DNA from: Clostridia bacterium
GTDB taxonomy: Bacteria > Bacillota > Clostridia > Oscillospirales > Acutalibacteraceae
Length of the DNA stretch: 64,000 nucleotides
Direction: 5' to 3'
Assembly (NCBI GenBank): GCA_017380615.1
Contig: JAFODQ010000041.1
Location: 3,600 to 67,599, forward strand
Positions 8,036-18,924 of this stretch are shown here, piece after piece. Position numbers and translations under genes: made by a program. Below the pieces are notes generated by a model. The model was not told where the DNA came from. It worked only from the letters and a program-made list of their open reading frames with translations, and searched no databases. The stretch's first letter is position 1. Each line of letters starts with the position of its first letter.

Positions 8036-9709
8036 TTATTTGAATAAGTAAACTCTTGTTTCGTATGGCTTTGTTGTGAAGCCGTTGCCGGAGAGTTCTC
8101 CATCATTGTAGTTTGAAAGAACAAGCTCACCTTTTGAAAGGTCGATTCCGTCAGGTGCCTTGAAGCTTACTGAATCCTCTGTGAAGGAGGAAACAACAAG
8201 AAGCTTTACACCATCAAGATTTCTTTCATAAACAAAGAGCTGTTTGCTATTTTTATTGTACTGCTTAAAGTCACCATAGATAGCAACCTCATTTTCCTTG
8301 CGGAATTTGAGAAGCTTTCTGTAGTAGTGGAGGATTGAATCCTCGTCTGCTTCGGCAGCTGCAACATTTATTTCCTTATAGTTAGGGTTAAGTGTGAACC
8401 AGGGCTCTGCAGTTGAGAAGCCTGCGTACGGACCATCATTCCACTGAACGGGAGTTCTTGAGTTTTCGCGGGAGCCTGCATTTGCAAGCTTAATGAACTT
8501 TTCACCCTTGATACCGAGCTTGTTGAACATTATCTGGTTGTTGAAGGTAATCATATCCTTGAACTCGTCAATAGACTTAAGCTCAATGTTTGTCATACCG
8601 ATTTCCTGACCCTGATAAATGAATACTGTACCTTTTTGAAGGTAGCACATTGTTGCAAGCATCTTTGCACTTTCTACTCTGTATTTAAGGCTGCCGTATC
8701 TGTCAACAATTCTTGGGTGGTCATGGTTTTCAAGATAGAGTGTGTGCCATGCCTTTCCGTTCATAGCATCGTACCATTTCTGGTAGCACTTTTTCATCTT
8801 TTTGAGATTGAAGGGAGTTTTTATCCAGTCTGTCATGAAGCAGTCTGCTTCAAGGTGGTCGAAGCTGAACATTGTTTTGAGCACCTGTCCGTCACCCTCG
8901 GTAACGAATTTGAGTGCTCTTTCTGTTGTAAGGAGAGGACCTTCACCAACTGTGAAGCAATCGTATTTTGAGAGCACATCGTCATGGAATTCCTTCAGAT
9001 ATTCGTAAAGGTGAGGACCACCGTTATAGTGCTCCATGCCGCAAGCAACAGGAATCGGGAAACCATTTGGGAGTCCTTCCTTTTTTGATATGTAGGTGAT
9101 AACATCCTCTCGGAATCCGTCAACACCCATATCAAGCCAGAATTTCATGATATCCTTAACTTCCTGACGGACCTTGGGGTTGTCCATATTAAGGTCTGGT
9201 TGTCCTTTTGTGAAAACATGGAGATAATATTCGTCAACAGCTTCCACATACTCCCAGGCACCGCCTTCGAAGGTGGAGAGCCAGTTATTTGGTGGCTTTT
9301 TGCCGTTTTTGCCTTTGCCTTTGCGCCAGATGTAATAATCGTGGTATGGGTTATCAACGCTCTTGCAAGCCTCCTTGAACCAGTGATGGTCTGTGGAGGT
9401 GTGATTGATAACGAGGTCCATGATGACCTTTATATCACGTTTGTGACATTCTTCGAGAACCTCTTTGAAATCATCAAGTGTTCCGTATTCTGGTTGGATA
9501 TCTCTGTAATCGGCAATATCATAGCCATAGTCTCTTTGAGGAGAAACAAAAAGAGGGGAAAACCAGATGGCATCTGCACCAAGACTCTTTACATAATCGA
9601 GCTTTGAGAGGATACCCTTAAGGTCACCGATGCCATCTCCGTTACCGTCGCAGAAGGAACGTGGCCATATCTGGTAAACAACCATTTCTTTGTACCAGGA
9701 TTTTTTCAT
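8036..9709 (-). CDS. GH13 alpha-glucosidase / oligo-1,6-glucosidase
   Basis: GH13 conserved regions DLVINHTS, GFREDVI and ENHDHPR, with an N-terminal YQIWPRSF motif. Confidence 0.9.
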   Translation of the reverse strand: MKKSWYKEMVVYQIWPRSFCDGNGDGIGDLKGILSKLDYVKSLGADAIWFSPLFVSPQRDYGYDIADYRDIQPEYGTLDDFKEVLEECHKRDIKVIMDLVINHTSTDHHWFKEACKSVDNPYHDYYIWRKGKGKNGKKPPNNWLSTFEGGAWEYVEAVDEYYLHVFTKGQPDLNMDNPKVRQEVKDIMKFWLDMGVDGFREDVITYISKKEGLPNGFPIPVACGMEHYNGGPHLYEYLKEFHDDVLSKYDCFTVGEGPLLTTERALKFVTEGDGQVLKTMFSFDHLEADCFMTDWIKTPFNLKKMKKCYQKWYDAMNGKAWHTLYLENHDHPRIVDRYGSLKYRVESAKMLATMCYLQKGTVFIYQGQEIGMTNIELKSIDEFKDMITFNNQIMFNKLGIKGEKFIKLANAGSRENSRTPVQWNDGPYAGFSTAEPWFTLNPNYKEINVAAAEADEDSILHYYRKLLKFRKENEVAIYGDFKQYNKNSKQLFVYERNLDGVKLLVVSSFTEDSVSFKAPDGIDLSKGELVLSNYNDGELSGNGFTTKPYETRVYLFK

Positions 9710-9892
9710 AGAAAAACCTCACTTTACAGTATATTAATATGATTTTATCATAGTGTAAAATAAAATACAACAATAAATTCACATGTGGTTAATTAAAAAA
9801 ACAGGAAAATTTACGATTTAGTAAAAATTTGCTATGTACTTTTTTGAAATAGTATTGTATAATATAGCAGATAACCACGTTATGTGAGGTAT

Positions 9893-10915
9893 ATGATGGA
9901 TAAAAAGAACAAGTTGATTGTTGCTATCGGGCTTCTTATCATAGTCGCTGCAACAGTATTGATAATTGCATTGGTGAACGATGTAACAGATGATGGCTTG
10001 GAGGAAAACACAGGCTTCTACACCCTCCAGCCAACCACAACACAGCAGGCACCTCTTGCAACTGATTCATGGATAAATCTTGAGGAAATCGCAAGTGGTC
10101 TTGCAACATCCACTGACCCAAGCTCAACAGATGTATCGGGAGTTATCACCACAGGTGGTCCTGTTCAGGGGTATTTCTTCGATGCGTACGGAAACCTTGT
10201 GGATGCTGCAGGAAATGTTATCATCCCTGCAAATCAGGTGAATAATCAGGGTGGTAGCAATCAGGGTGGCACAAATAACAGACCACCTGAAACCACAATG
10301 GATAACACTCAGGCACTTGATCAGCCTGTCACCAATAGTGGTGAGCTCAGTGAATTTGAATTGGATGAAAATGGTGTTATTACCAGATATCTCGGTGATA
10401 AAAAGGATGTTCTTATTCCTGAAAAGATTCAAGGCAAGTATGTCAGGGGTATCGGAGCGAATTGCTTTGCAAAATCCCAGATAAGATCTGTCTATATTCC
10501 GGAAACTGTCACAAGCATAGGGAATTATGCATTCGAGGGATGCATATATCTCACAAATGTTTCATTTGACAGCGGTAGTGCTAAGGTTAACATAGGCTCA
10601 GGTGCTTTTGAGAATTGCCTGAAGCTTGAAAGAATTACATTACCGGTTGTAACGAATCTCGGCGATATTGCGTTTTATAACTGCACATCCTTAAAATATG
10701 TTCGTCTTGCAGATGGCTCAAAGCAGATCGGAAGCTATGTATTCGGTAATTGCACGGCACTCGAGACTGTTGTTATTCCTGAATCGGTAGATAAAATCGG
10801 CACACTCATTTTTGAGGGCGCGAACAATCCTGAGCTTACTGTTGTTACACCAAGTGATTCAACTGCTTGGGAATATGCTGAAACAGCAGGAAAGAAGCAC
10901 ACAACTCACGAATAA
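9893..10915 (+). CDS. Leucine-rich-repeat (BspA-type) surface protein with an N-terminal membrane anchor
   Basis: TM anchor, a Thr/Ser/Gln-rich linker, then repeated IxxxAFxxCxxL units. Confidence 0.7.
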   Translation: MMDKKNKLIVAIGLLIIVAATVLIIALVNDVTDDGLEENTGFYTLQPTTTQQAPLATDSWINLEEIASGLATSTDPSSTDVSGVITTGGPVQGYFFDAYGNLVDAAGNVIIPANQVNNQGGSNQGGTNNRPPETTMDNTQALDQPVTNSGELSEFELDENGVITRYLGDKKDVLIPEKIQGKYVRGIGANCFAKSQIRSVYIPETVTSIGNYAFEGCIYLTNVSFDSGSAKVNIGSGAFENCLKLERITLPVVTNLGDIAFYNCTSLKYVRLADGSKQIGSYVFGNCTALETVVIPESVDKIGTLIFEGANNPELTVVTPSDSTAWEYAETAGKKHTTHE

Positions 10916-10920
10916 AATCC

Positions 10921-10951
10921 AACCGTGACCATTTTCGGTCACGGTTTTTTT
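10921..10951 (+). terminator. Rho-independent terminator
   Basis: Stem AACCGTGACC/GGTCACGGTT followed by T7. Confidence 0.75.
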
Positions 10952-11078
10952 AACCATTGTCCGTTCAGTGAATATAATGAACAGACGGACAAGAAATTTC
11001 CGTTATTTTTATATCCGTGATTAAAATGCATTCATTTGGCAAAAATACGGGTGTAAATTAAATTCGGAGATGGTATTT

Positions 11079-11423
11079 TTGAATATTAAACGAGGAGATA
11101 TTTTCTATGCTGATTTAAGTCCCGTTGTCGGCTCGGAGCAGGGTGGCGTCAGACCTGTACTTATAGTTCAGAATGATGTTGGGAATCGCTACAGCCCCAC
11201 TGTAATAGCGGCTGCAATCACAAGTCAGCAATTTAAAACCCGTATGCCCACACACATCAGTGTTAATGCTTCGGTCTGTGGTCTTTCAAAGGATTCTGTT
11301 GTTCTTCTTGAGCAGATTCGTACTCTTGATAAGAAGCGTCTTAAAGAGAAAATGGGTAATCTACCCGAAACAGATATGGACAGGATAGATGATGCACTGT
11401 CTGTCAGTATAGGATTAAAGTGA
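11079..11423 (+). CDS. mazF: MazF/PemK (EndoA-like) endoribonuclease toxin
   Basis: Close match in pattern to B. subtilis EndoA ([30 protein letters not shown]...LLEQIRTxDK). TTG start lies 9 nt after GGAG. Confidence 0.88.
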   Translation: MNIKRGDIFYADLSPVVGSEQGGVRPVLIVQNDVGNRYSPTVIAAAITSQQFKTRMPTHISVNASVCGLSKDSVVLLEQIRTLDKKRLKEKMGNLPETDMDRIDDALSVSIGLK

Positions 11424-11448
11424 GGGGTATGAATACCTCTCACTTTTT
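11420..11448 (+). terminator. Rho-independent terminator
   Basis: Stem GTGAGGGGTA/TACCTCTCAC followed by T5. Confidence 0.7.
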
Positions 11449-11484
11449 ATAACATTAAATAAATGTTAAGTCCTCCGACATAAC

Positions 11485-11513
11485 TTGACAACAAGTTGTT
11501 TGTAGTGTAAAAT
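11485..11513 (+). promoter_or_regulatory. Promoter for metK
   Basis: TTGACA, 17 nt, TAAAAT. Confidence 0.6.
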
Positions 11514-11560
11514 GTTTTTAGTAAATTGGAGTAAAATGTTCAACTATGGAGGCAAAATAA

Positions 11561-12745
11561 ATGTCAAAACGTTTTTTTACATCAGAATCGGTTACTGAAG
11601 GCCATCCCGATAAAGTCTGTGACCAGGTTTCCGATGCTATTCTTGATGCAATGCTCGCTCAGGATCCTATGTCCCGTGTTGCTTGTGAAACAACCTGCAC
11701 CACCGGTATGGTTATGGTAATGGGTGAAATCACAACTAATGCACAGGTTGATATTCCGTCAATCGTTCGTGAGGTTGTTTGCGGAATAGGATTTGATAAC
11801 AACGAATGTGGCTTCGATGGTAATACCTGTGCAGTTTTTCAAACAATCGATAAGCAGTCACCTGATATCGCTATGGGTGTTGATAAATCACTCGAGCTTA
11901 AGGATGGTGAAGCTGATGAATACAATCTTCATGGTGCAGGCGACCAAGGCATGATGTTCGGCTTTGCTTGTAATGATACAGAAGAGCTGATGCCACTTCC
12001 TATCTCTCTTGCACACAAGCTTGCACTTCGTCTTACCGAGGTAAGAAAGAACGGAACACTTTCATACCTTCGTCCTGATGGTAAGAGCCAGGTAACAATT
12101 GAGTATGATGATGAAGATAAGCCGGTAAGAGTTGAAGCTGTTGTTGTTTCGTCACAGCATGATCCGATTGAAATGGAAATTCTTCGTGAAGATATTCTTG
12201 AGAATGTTATCAAGCCGGTTATTCCTGCGAAGTATCTCGATGCTGACACTAAAATATATGTTAACCCCACAGGCAATTTTGTTGTAGGCGGTCCTGTTGG
12301 AGACAGTGGCCTTACAGGAAGAAAGATTATTGTGGATACATATGGTGGATATTCACGCCATGGAGGCGGCGCTTTCTCGGGTAAAGACCCAACAAAGGTT
12401 GACAGAAGTGCTGCTTACGCTTCAAGATATGTTGCAAAGAATATTGTTGCTGCAGGTCTTGCAGAAAAGTGTGAGGTGCAGCTGGCTTATGCAATCGGAG
12501 TTGCTCGCCCTGTTTCTGTTCGTGTTGATACTTTTGGTACTGGCAGGCTTTCTGATGCAAAGCTTGAAGAGCTTGTTAACAAGCATTTCGATCTTCGTCC
12601 TGCTGCAATCATTGAGAAGCTTCAGTTGAGAAAGCCACAGTACAGACAACTTGCGGCATATGGTCATATGGGTAGAATTGATCTTGATGTTGCTTGGGAA
12701 AAGACAGATATGGCAGAAAAGCTTAAGCTTGATGCAGGTATCTGA
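11561..12745 (+). CDS. metK: S-adenosylmethionine synthase
   Basis: [12 protein letters not shown]-terminus, and the GAGDQG and GGGAFSGKD motifs. Confidence 0.97.
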   Translation: MSKRFFTSESVTEGHPDKVCDQVSDAILDAMLAQDPMSRVACETTCTTGMVMVMGEITTNAQVDIPSIVREVVCGIGFDNNECGFDGNTCAVFQTIDKQSPDIAMGVDKSLELKDGEADEYNLHGAGDQGMMFGFACNDTEELMPLPISLAHKLALRLTEVRKNGTLSYLRPDGKSQVTIEYDDEDKPVRVEAVVVSSQHDPIEMEILREDILENVIKPVIPAKYLDADTKIYVNPTGNFVVGGPVGDSGLTGRKIIVDTYGGYSRHGGGAFSGKDPTKVDRSAAYASRYVAKNIVAAGLAEKCEVQLAYAIGVARPVSVRVDTFGTGRLSDAKLEELVNKHFDLRPAAIIEKLQLRKPQYRQLAAYGHMGRIDLDVAWEKTDMAEKLKLDAGI

Positions 12746-12756
12746 TTGATTTTAAC

Positions 12757-13473
12757 ATGGAAAATAAACCGGAAAAGAAAAAAGTACACGACGATCATCG
12801 CAAACGCGTGAGAGAAAATGTGTTGAAAAATGGATTATCGCAGCTCGAGGACCATAGGCTTCTCGAGCTACTCCTATTTTATTCCATTCCACGTAAGGAT
12901 ACCAATGAGTTGGCACATCATATTCTGGAGGATGAATTTGATGAGTCATGGTGTGAGCTTTTAAAAGGTGATTTAGACAGATTTAAACGGATTTTCGGCG
13001 TCGGTGAAAATACAGCTGTGTTACTTTCTGTTGTTGGTGAGATACATCGCAGAGCCTCTAAGCCGACTGGTGTGAAGAAAAGATATTATAAAACTGCAGA
13101 TGATTATATTTCGCTTGCAAAAGAAAGACTTGAGGGCGAAGCTGTTGAAAAGGTGTATATTCTTTGTTTTGATAATGCAGGTAAGCTGAAAAAATCGGTA
13201 CAGCTTTCTTCTGGCGGCGAGGTATCGGCGCTTTTGGACGTGCGCAAAGCAGTGCAAACCGTAATGGATTGCGATGGCGTAAAGGCTGTGCTTTGTCACA
13301 ATCATCCCACGGGTAATTGTGAACCCTCTGCAGGGGATATTGACACCACACGCTCCCTTTGTGTTATGTTCAGAAAATTAGGCTTTTTTCTTGTTGACCA
13401 TATAATCATAGGTGAAAATGGTGACGCGTTTTCAATGTATTCTGACCCACAGTTTAAGGGTATGTTTTATTAA
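12757..13473 (+). CDS. radC: RadC-family JAB/MPN domain protein
   Basis: N-terminal HhH-like region and the JAMM motif HNHPTG...S..D. Confidence 0.85.
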   Translation: MENKPEKKKVHDDHRKRVRENVLKNGLSQLEDHRLLELLLFYSIPRKDTNELAHHILEDEFDESWCELLKGDLDRFKRIFGVGENTAVLLSVVGEIHRRASKPTGVKKRYYKTADDYISLAKERLEGEAVEKVYILCFDNAGKLKKSVQLSSGGEVSALLDVRKAVQTVMDCDGVKAVLCHNHPTGNCEPSAGDIDTTRSLCVMFRKLGFFLVDHIIIGENGDAFSMYSDPQFKGMFY

Positions 13474-13988
13474 AAAAATAAACTCACCATAACGGGTGAT
13501 AAAATAAAGCTTGTTAAATCGGCACACAGGGCGCAAGGCAATGTGTGCCGGGTTTTTTTTATGCCAATGCTTCCGTAATAAATCGTCATTGTGTAAAATG
13601 TTGTTTCTGTTGAACCCATCATAACACAAGCACATCTTCCGAGAAAGCTGTCTGGACCCACATCCTTGAGTATGGCTTCAAGCATACTCAAGGACCCACT
13701 TCCTGATATTGGTGATAATATAGCAAGAGGGGTTAATTGTTGTGGAATTCCGAGAAATTCTGTGATTGGTGAAAGAAGGCTGCAAAGAGTTTCAAGGCCA
13801 CCTGATTGTCGGAGTGTGTTTATTGCAAAAATCAATGCAATGAGAGGGGGTGTGATATCAAGTACAATGCCAAAGCCCCTTTTTGCACCTTCGAGAAATT
13901 CAGAGAAAACATCAACACCCTTAACCAATCCGAAACATATAATAGAAACAATCACAAGTGGTATAAGTGCATCGCTGAATAGCCTCAT
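13470..13988 (-). CDS. spmB: Spore maturation protein B (nucleoside-recognition domain)
   Basis: Multi-TM protein, coupled to the upstream spmA-like gene by an ATGA overlap. Confidence 0.75.
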   Translation of the reverse strand: MRLFSDALIPLVIVSIICFGLVKGVDVFSEFLEGAKRGFGIVLDITPPLIALIFAINTLRQSGGLETLCSLLSPITEFLGIPQQLTPLAILSPISGSGSLSMLEAILKDVGPDSFLGRCACVMMGSTETTFYTMTIYYGSIGIKKTRHTLPCALCADLTSFILSPVMVSLFF

Positions 13989-14572
13989 TTAAATAACCTC
14001 TTAAGTAAAAAAGTTGTTAATAAACCCACGGATATAGAGCAAATAGATGTGCACAGAGCAGGTAAAAGAATTTCGGTGGGTGAAGAAGAGCCATGCTGTT
14101 GACGAAGCAAGGCAACTGTTGTCGGCACAATGTGAAGACATGCTGTGTTGATTACCACGAATCTTACCATGTTGTCACTTGCCTTATCGGACGGATCAAG
14201 TCTTTGAAGCCTCTTCATAGCCTCAAGTCCAAGTGGCGTTGCAGCGTTATCAAGTCCGAGAAGATTCGCTGTCATGTTCATTGCGATGGCTTCTTTTGTG
14301 GCACTGTCTTGTAGCTTCGGGAATAAAATTTTCAGAATGGGGGAGAGTAATTTGCACAAACTCTTTGTTAATTCGCTTTTTTCTGCAATGTTTACAATAC
14401 CATTCCAGAAGCAAAGCATTCCCGCAAGACGAATGGCAAGGTTTATTGCCTCTGTGCCGCTTCCGATGATTGAGGAGGATAAATTACCCATGTTACCCGT
14501 TACAGCAGCTGCCAATAATGAGAAAACCACCATCAGTGGCCAGATATATTGCATCATAGTACCATTTATCAC
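13985..14572 (-). CDS. spmA: Spore maturation protein A
   Basis: SpmA-like N-terminus (YIWPLMVVFSLLAAAVTG) and Gate-domain topology. Confidence 0.75.
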   Translation of the reverse strand: MINGTMMQYIWPLMVVFSLLAAAVTGNMGNLSSSIIGSGTEAINLAIRLAGMLCFWNGIVNIAEKSELTKSLCKLLSPILKILFPKLQDSATKEAIAMNMTANLLGLDNAATPLGLEAMKRLQRLDPSDKASDNMVRFVVINTACLHIVPTTVALLRQQHGSSSPTEILLPALCTSICSISVGLLTTFLLKRLFK

Positions 14573-14594
14573 CCCTGAATGCTTATTTATATAC

Positions 14595-14624
14595 TTGACT
14601 AGATATTACAATATATAGTATAAT
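14595..14624 (+). promoter_or_regulatory. Putative promoter for the topoisomerase operon
   Basis: TTGACT, 18 nt, TATAAT. Confidence 0.5.
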
Positions 14625-14676
14625 TTAACATATATAATACCAAAATTTTGTATTTTTCCGAAAGGACAGGCATAAA

Positions 14677-16671
14677 ATGGCAAAAGCACAAACACCAAAA
14701 GAATATGGTAACGACAGTATCAAAAAGCTTAAGGGTGCTGACAGAGTACGTAAGCGCCCAGCTGTTATTTTCGGCTCCGATGGTATTGAGGGCTGTGAGC
14801 ATTCCATATTTGAAATAATTTCCAACTCTATCGACGAAGCAAGAGAGGGGCACGGCAAGAAGATTATTGTAACTCGTTTTCTTGACCATTCTGTTGAGGT
14901 GCAGGATTTCGGACGAGGAATTCCGGTTGACTATAACCAACGCGAGAAATGTTATAACTGGGAGCTTGTTTTCTGTGATTTGTATGCAGGCGGCAAGTAT
15001 GACACAAATGATGGCGGCAGTTATGAATATTCTCTTGGTCTTAATGGTCTCGGCCTTTGTGCCACACAGTATGCTTCAGAGTATATGGAGGCTGAAATTC
15101 ACACCGGCGGATATTGCTATGAGCTTAATTTCAAAGCTGGTAAAATCAATGGTGAAATGAAGAAAACTCCGTATGATAAGAAGGACACCGGTTCAAGAAT
15201 CAAGTGGCGTCCCGACCTGAAGGTTTTCACTGATATTAATATCCCTCTTGAATATTTTCAGGAAACAATAAAAAAGCAGGCTGTTGTTAATAACGGTATC
15301 AAATTCATTCTCAGAAATCAGCTCACAGAAACACGCTTTGAAACCTTTGAATATATCTACGAAAACGGTATTGTGGATTATATCAACGAGGTTGTGGGTG
15401 ACGAATCACTCACATCTGTTCAATTCTGGCAGGCAGAGAGAAAGGGTCGTGACCGTGACGATAAGCCTGAGTATAAGCTTAAAATGAATATGGCTCTTTG
15501 CTTTTCTAAAACAAAGCAGCTCAAAGAATATTATCACAACTCAAGCTTCCTTGAGCACGGTGGTGCTCCAGAGAAGGCAGCAAGAAGTGCATTTGTGTCA
15601 CAGATTGATGCCTATATGAAGCAAAACAGCAAGTATCTCAAAACTGATCCGAAAATCAGCTTTCAGGATATTGAGGATTGCCTTGTATTTGTGGTTTCGT
15701 CCTTCTCAACACAGACCTCTTATGAAAATCAGACCAAGAAGGCAATTACCAACAAGTTTATTCAGGAGGCAATGACCGAATTTATCAAGCATCAGCTTGA
15801 AATTTATTTCATTGAGAATAAGCTTGATGCAGATAAGCTTTGTGATCAGATTCTCATCAATATGCGCTCCCGTGTTAAGGCGGAAAGCACAAGGCTCAAT
15901 CTTAAGAAAACTCTCGCCTCATCAAATGATATGACCAGCAGAGTTGAAAAATTCGTTGATTGCCGAAGCAAAGATAAGAATGAAAGAGAGATCTTTATAG
16001 TTGAGGGTGACTCTGCTCTCGGTGCCTGTAAGCAGGCTCGTGATTCAGCCTTCCAGGCAGTTATTCCCGTACGAGGTAAAATTCTTAACTGTCTTAAGTT
16101 TGACTATAACAGAATTTTCAAAAGTGAGATTATTGTTGATTTGATCAAGGTGCTGGGTTGTGGTGTTGAGGTTTCTTCGAAATCAAATAAGGAGTTGTCA
16201 TTGTTCAACCTCGAAGCTCTTCGCTGGAATAAAATCATAATCTGTACCGATGCCGATGTTGACGGCTTCCACATCAGAACACTTATTCTCACAATGATTT
16301 ACAGACTTATGCCGACTCTTCTCAAAGAGGGTAAGGTGTTTATTGCCGAATCTCCTCTTTACGAAATTAATTCTAAGGGTCAGACATGGTTTGCATATAC
16401 AGAGAAAGAGAAGGCAATGGCACTTGAAGAAATCGGCGATGCGAAATTTACAATTCAGCGTTCAAAGGGTCTTGGTGAGAACGATGCTGATATGATGTGG
16501 CTCACCACAATGAACCCCAAAACCCGTCGCCTTATCAAGGTAACACCGGATGATGTTGAAAGCCTTATAGATGAGAAATTTGAGCTTCTTCTCGGTGACA
16601 ATCTTCAAGACAGAAAAGAATATATCGCAGAAAACGGTCATCTTTATATTGACCTTGCAGATATTTCATAA
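14677..16671 (+). CDS. parE: Type IIA topoisomerase subunit B (ParE/GyrB-like)
   Basis: GHKL ATPase N-terminus, TOPRIM motif EGDSA, PVRGKILN, and DADVDGxHI. Confidence 0.85.
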   Translation: MAKAQTPKEYGNDSIKKLKGADRVRKRPAVIFGSDGIEGCEHSIFEIISNSIDEAREGHGKKIIVTRFLDHSVEVQDFGRGIPVDYNQREKCYNWELVFCDLYAGGKYDTNDGGSYEYSLGLNGLGLCATQYASEYMEAEIHTGGYCYELNFKAGKINGEMKKTPYDKKDTGSRIKWRPDLKVFTDINIPLEYFQETIKKQAVVNNGIKFILRNQLTETRFETFEYIYENGIVDYINEVVGDESLTSVQFWQAERKGRDRDDKPEYKLKMNMALCFSKTKQLKEYYHNSSFLEHGGAPEKAARSAFVSQIDAYMKQNSKYLKTDPKISFQDIEDCLVFVVSSFSTQTSYENQTKKAITNKFIQEAMTEFIKHQLEIYFIENKLDADKLCDQILINMRSRVKAESTRLNLKKTLASSNDMTSRVEKFVDCRSKDKNEREIFIVEGDSALGACKQARDSAFQAVIPVRGKILNCLKFDYNRIFKSEIIVDLIKVLGCGVEVSSKSNKELSLFNLEALRWNKIIICTDADVDGFHIRTLILTMIYRLMPTLLKEGKVFIAESPLYEINSKGQTWFAYTEKEKAMALEEIGDAKFTIQRSKGLGENDADMMWLTTMNPKTRRLIKVTPDDVESLIDEKFELLLGDNLQDRKEYIAENGHLYIDLADIS

Positions 16672-16683
16672 CAGGAGAGAATT

Positions 16684-18924
16684 ATGGCAAGAAAGAAAAA
16701 AGATAATGCCCCGGTTGTTGAGGAAACCGTTAAGGCAAATATTATCGGAGCAGGTGAGGTTGTTGTGCAGCCTATCACCGAAACGCTTGAAACTAACTTT
16801 ATGCCTTATGCAATGAGTGTTATTGTTTCGCGTGCTATTCCTGAAATAGATGGCTTCAAGCCATCTCACAGAAAGCTCCTTTATACCATGTATAAGGCTG
16901 GCTTGCTCAGTGGTGCAAGAATCAAGTCTGCCAATATTGTGGGTAAGACAATGCAGCTCAACCCCCATGGTGATGCAGCAATTTATGAAACAATGGTTCG
17001 TCTTTCAAGAGGTAACGAGACGCTCCTTCATCCCTATGTTGACAGTAAGGGTAACTTCGGTAAGGCATATTCAAAAAATATGGTTTATGCTGCATCCCGT
17101 TACACAGAAGCAAAGCTTGAAAGCATCTGTGCAGAGCTTTTCTCTGATATTGACAAAGATACCGTTGACTTTGTGGATAACTATGATAATTCAATGAAGG
17201 AGCCCACACTCCTTCCCGTTACCTTTCCGAGTGTGCTTGTTAATATGAACAGTGGTATTGCCGTGGGTATGGCAAGTAACATCTGCTCTTTTAATCTTCG
17301 GGAGCTGTGTGAGACCACAATCGGGCTTGTAAAGAATCCTGATTTTGATATTTTTGAAACACTCAAGGCTCCCGATTTCATTGGCGGAGGGCAGATTATT
17401 TATGACAGAGCCGCTCTTGAGGAGGTTTATAACACCGGCAGAGGTTCTGTGAAAATCAGAGCGAGATATAATTACGATAAATCAAATAACTGCATCGATA
17501 TCACAGAAATTCCACCAACAACCACCTGCGAAGCGATTATTGAAAAGATAATTGAAAAGGTTAAGGCGGGATCATTAAAGGAAATCAGTGATGTCCGTGA
17601 TGAGACGGATAAATCAGGTCTTAAAATAACAATTGACCTTAAGCGTGGCACAGATGCAGAGAATCTTATGAAGAAGCTTTATAAGATGACTCCTCTTGAG
17701 GATAATTTCAGTGCAAACTTCAATATTCTTGTGGCAGGTGTGCCGAGGGTAATGGGGATTGCAGAAATTCTCACAGAGTGGATTGCATTCCGCACAGAGT
17801 GTGTAAGCAGAAGGGTGTATTTTGATTTAACAAAAGCAAAGAAGCGGTTGCATCTCCTTTTGGGTCTCAAGAAAATTCTTCTTGATATAGACAAGGCAAT
17901 TAAGATTGTCCGTGAAACCAAAGAAGAGGTTGAGGTTGTTCCTAATCTTATGATTGGATTCGGTATCGATGAGGAGCAGGCAGAGTATGTTGCTGAAATC
18001 AAGCTTCGTCACCTCAACAGAGAGTATATTCTTAAGAGAATTGCCGATGTGGATGAGCTTAAAAAGAGCATTGAGGATATGGAAGATATTCTCAAGAGCA
18101 AATCACGAATCAAGAAGATTATTGTTGATGAGCTCACAAAGGTTTCTGAAAAATATGGAAAAGACAGACGCAGTGAGATTATCTATGATTGCGATACTGA
18201 TGTAAGCATTGAAGAGGAAATCCCCGACTATGAAGTAAATCTCTTCTTCACAAGAGATGGTTACTTTAAGAAGATTACACCACTTTCACTCAGAATGGGT
18301 GGTGAGCAGAAATTTAAGGAAGGGGATGAAATGAGTCAGACAGTGAATTCCACAAACACTGCAGAGCTTCTCTTCTTTACCGATCAGTGTCAGGTTTATA
18401 AAGCAAGAGCTTGTGATTTTGAAGACACAAAGGCAAGCGTGCTCGGTGATTTCATCCCGTCAAAGCTTGAATTTGACAAGGATGAAAAGCCAATCTACAT
18501 GGCAGTAACAAACGATTACAAGGGCTATATGCTCTTCTTCTTTGAAAATGGTAAGGTTGCCAAGGTTGATATGGCAGGCTATCAGACCATTACAAAGCGT
18601 AAGAAGCTCATTAAGGCTTACAGCAACAAATCACCTATTGTGTCTGCTATGTATATAAAAGAGGATACAGAGCTTGTGCTTGTTTCAACTGCAGGCAGAC
18701 ATCTTCTTGTTAACACTGCAGCCATTTCGCCAAAGACCACCAAGGATACTGCTGGTGTGAATGTGCTTACAGTGAAGAAATATCACAAGCTTCAGAGTGT
18801 GAGACAGTACAGAGAGGGTGAGTTTGCAAAGCCTCACCGCTACAGAACCAAAACGCTTCCTGCAGCAGGTGCACTGCTCAGCTCAGATGATACAGGTGAA
18901 CAGCTTCAGCTTTCTCTTGAGTGA
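16684..18924 (+). CDS. parC: Type IIA topoisomerase subunit A (ParC/GyrA-like). No GyrA-box is visible in the short C-terminal domain
   Basis: DGFKPSHRK, active-site region AASRYTE, and a beta-pinwheel C-terminal domain lacking QRRGGKG. Confidence 0.82.
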   Translation: MARKKKDNAPVVEETVKANIIGAGEVVVQPITETLETNFMPYAMSVIVSRAIPEIDGFKPSHRKLLYTMYKAGLLSGARIKSANIVGKTMQLNPHGDAAIYETMVRLSRGNETLLHPYVDSKGNFGKAYSKNMVYAASRYTEAKLESICAELFSDIDKDTVDFVDNYDNSMKEPTLLPVTFPSVLVNMNSGIAVGMASNICSFNLRELCETTIGLVKNPDFDIFETLKAPDFIGGGQIIYDRAALEEVYNTGRGSVKIRARYNYDKSNNCIDITEIPPTTTCEAIIEKIIEKVKAGSLKEISDVRDETDKSGLKITIDLKRGTDAENLMKKLYKMTPLEDNFSANFNILVAGVPRVMGIAEILTEWIAFRTECVSRRVYFDLTKAKKRLHLLLGLKKILLDIDKAIKIVRETKEEVEVVPNLMIGFGIDEEQAEYVAEIKLRHLNREYILKRIADVDELKKSIEDMEDILKSKSRIKKIIVDELTKVSEKYGKDRRSEIIYDCDTDVSIEEEIPDYEVNLFFTRDGYFKKITPLSLRMGGEQKFKEGDEMSQTVNSTNTAELLFFTDQCQVYKARACDFEDTKASVLGDFIPSKLEFDKDEKPIYMAVTNDYKGYMLFFFENGKVAKVDMAGYQTITKRKKLIKAYSNKSPIVSAMYIKEDTELVLVSTAGRHLLVNTAAISPKTTKDTAGVNVLTVKKYHKLQSVRQYREGEFAKPHRYRTKTLPAAGALLSSDDTGEQLQLSLE

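Noticed and set aside
11424-11560. SAM-I (S-box) riboswitch expected upstream of metK.
   Set aside because: The 137-nt region holds only a terminator, a TTGACA-17-TAAAAT promoter and an RBS. None of the conserved S-box helices or core motifs is recognisable.
13470-13473. Convergent radC and spmB stop codons overlapping on a TTAA palindrome with no intervening terminator.
   Set aside because: This is a curiosity of tight packing only. Both ORFs are otherwise ordinary, and no functional implication can be supported.
18447-18460. GATTTCATCCCGTC inside the topoisomerase A coding region, resembling units of the 5265-5440 array.
   Set aside because: It is a single copy within a well-supported codon context (GDFIPSK). 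One chance 9-mer match is expected in a window of this size when both strands are counted.
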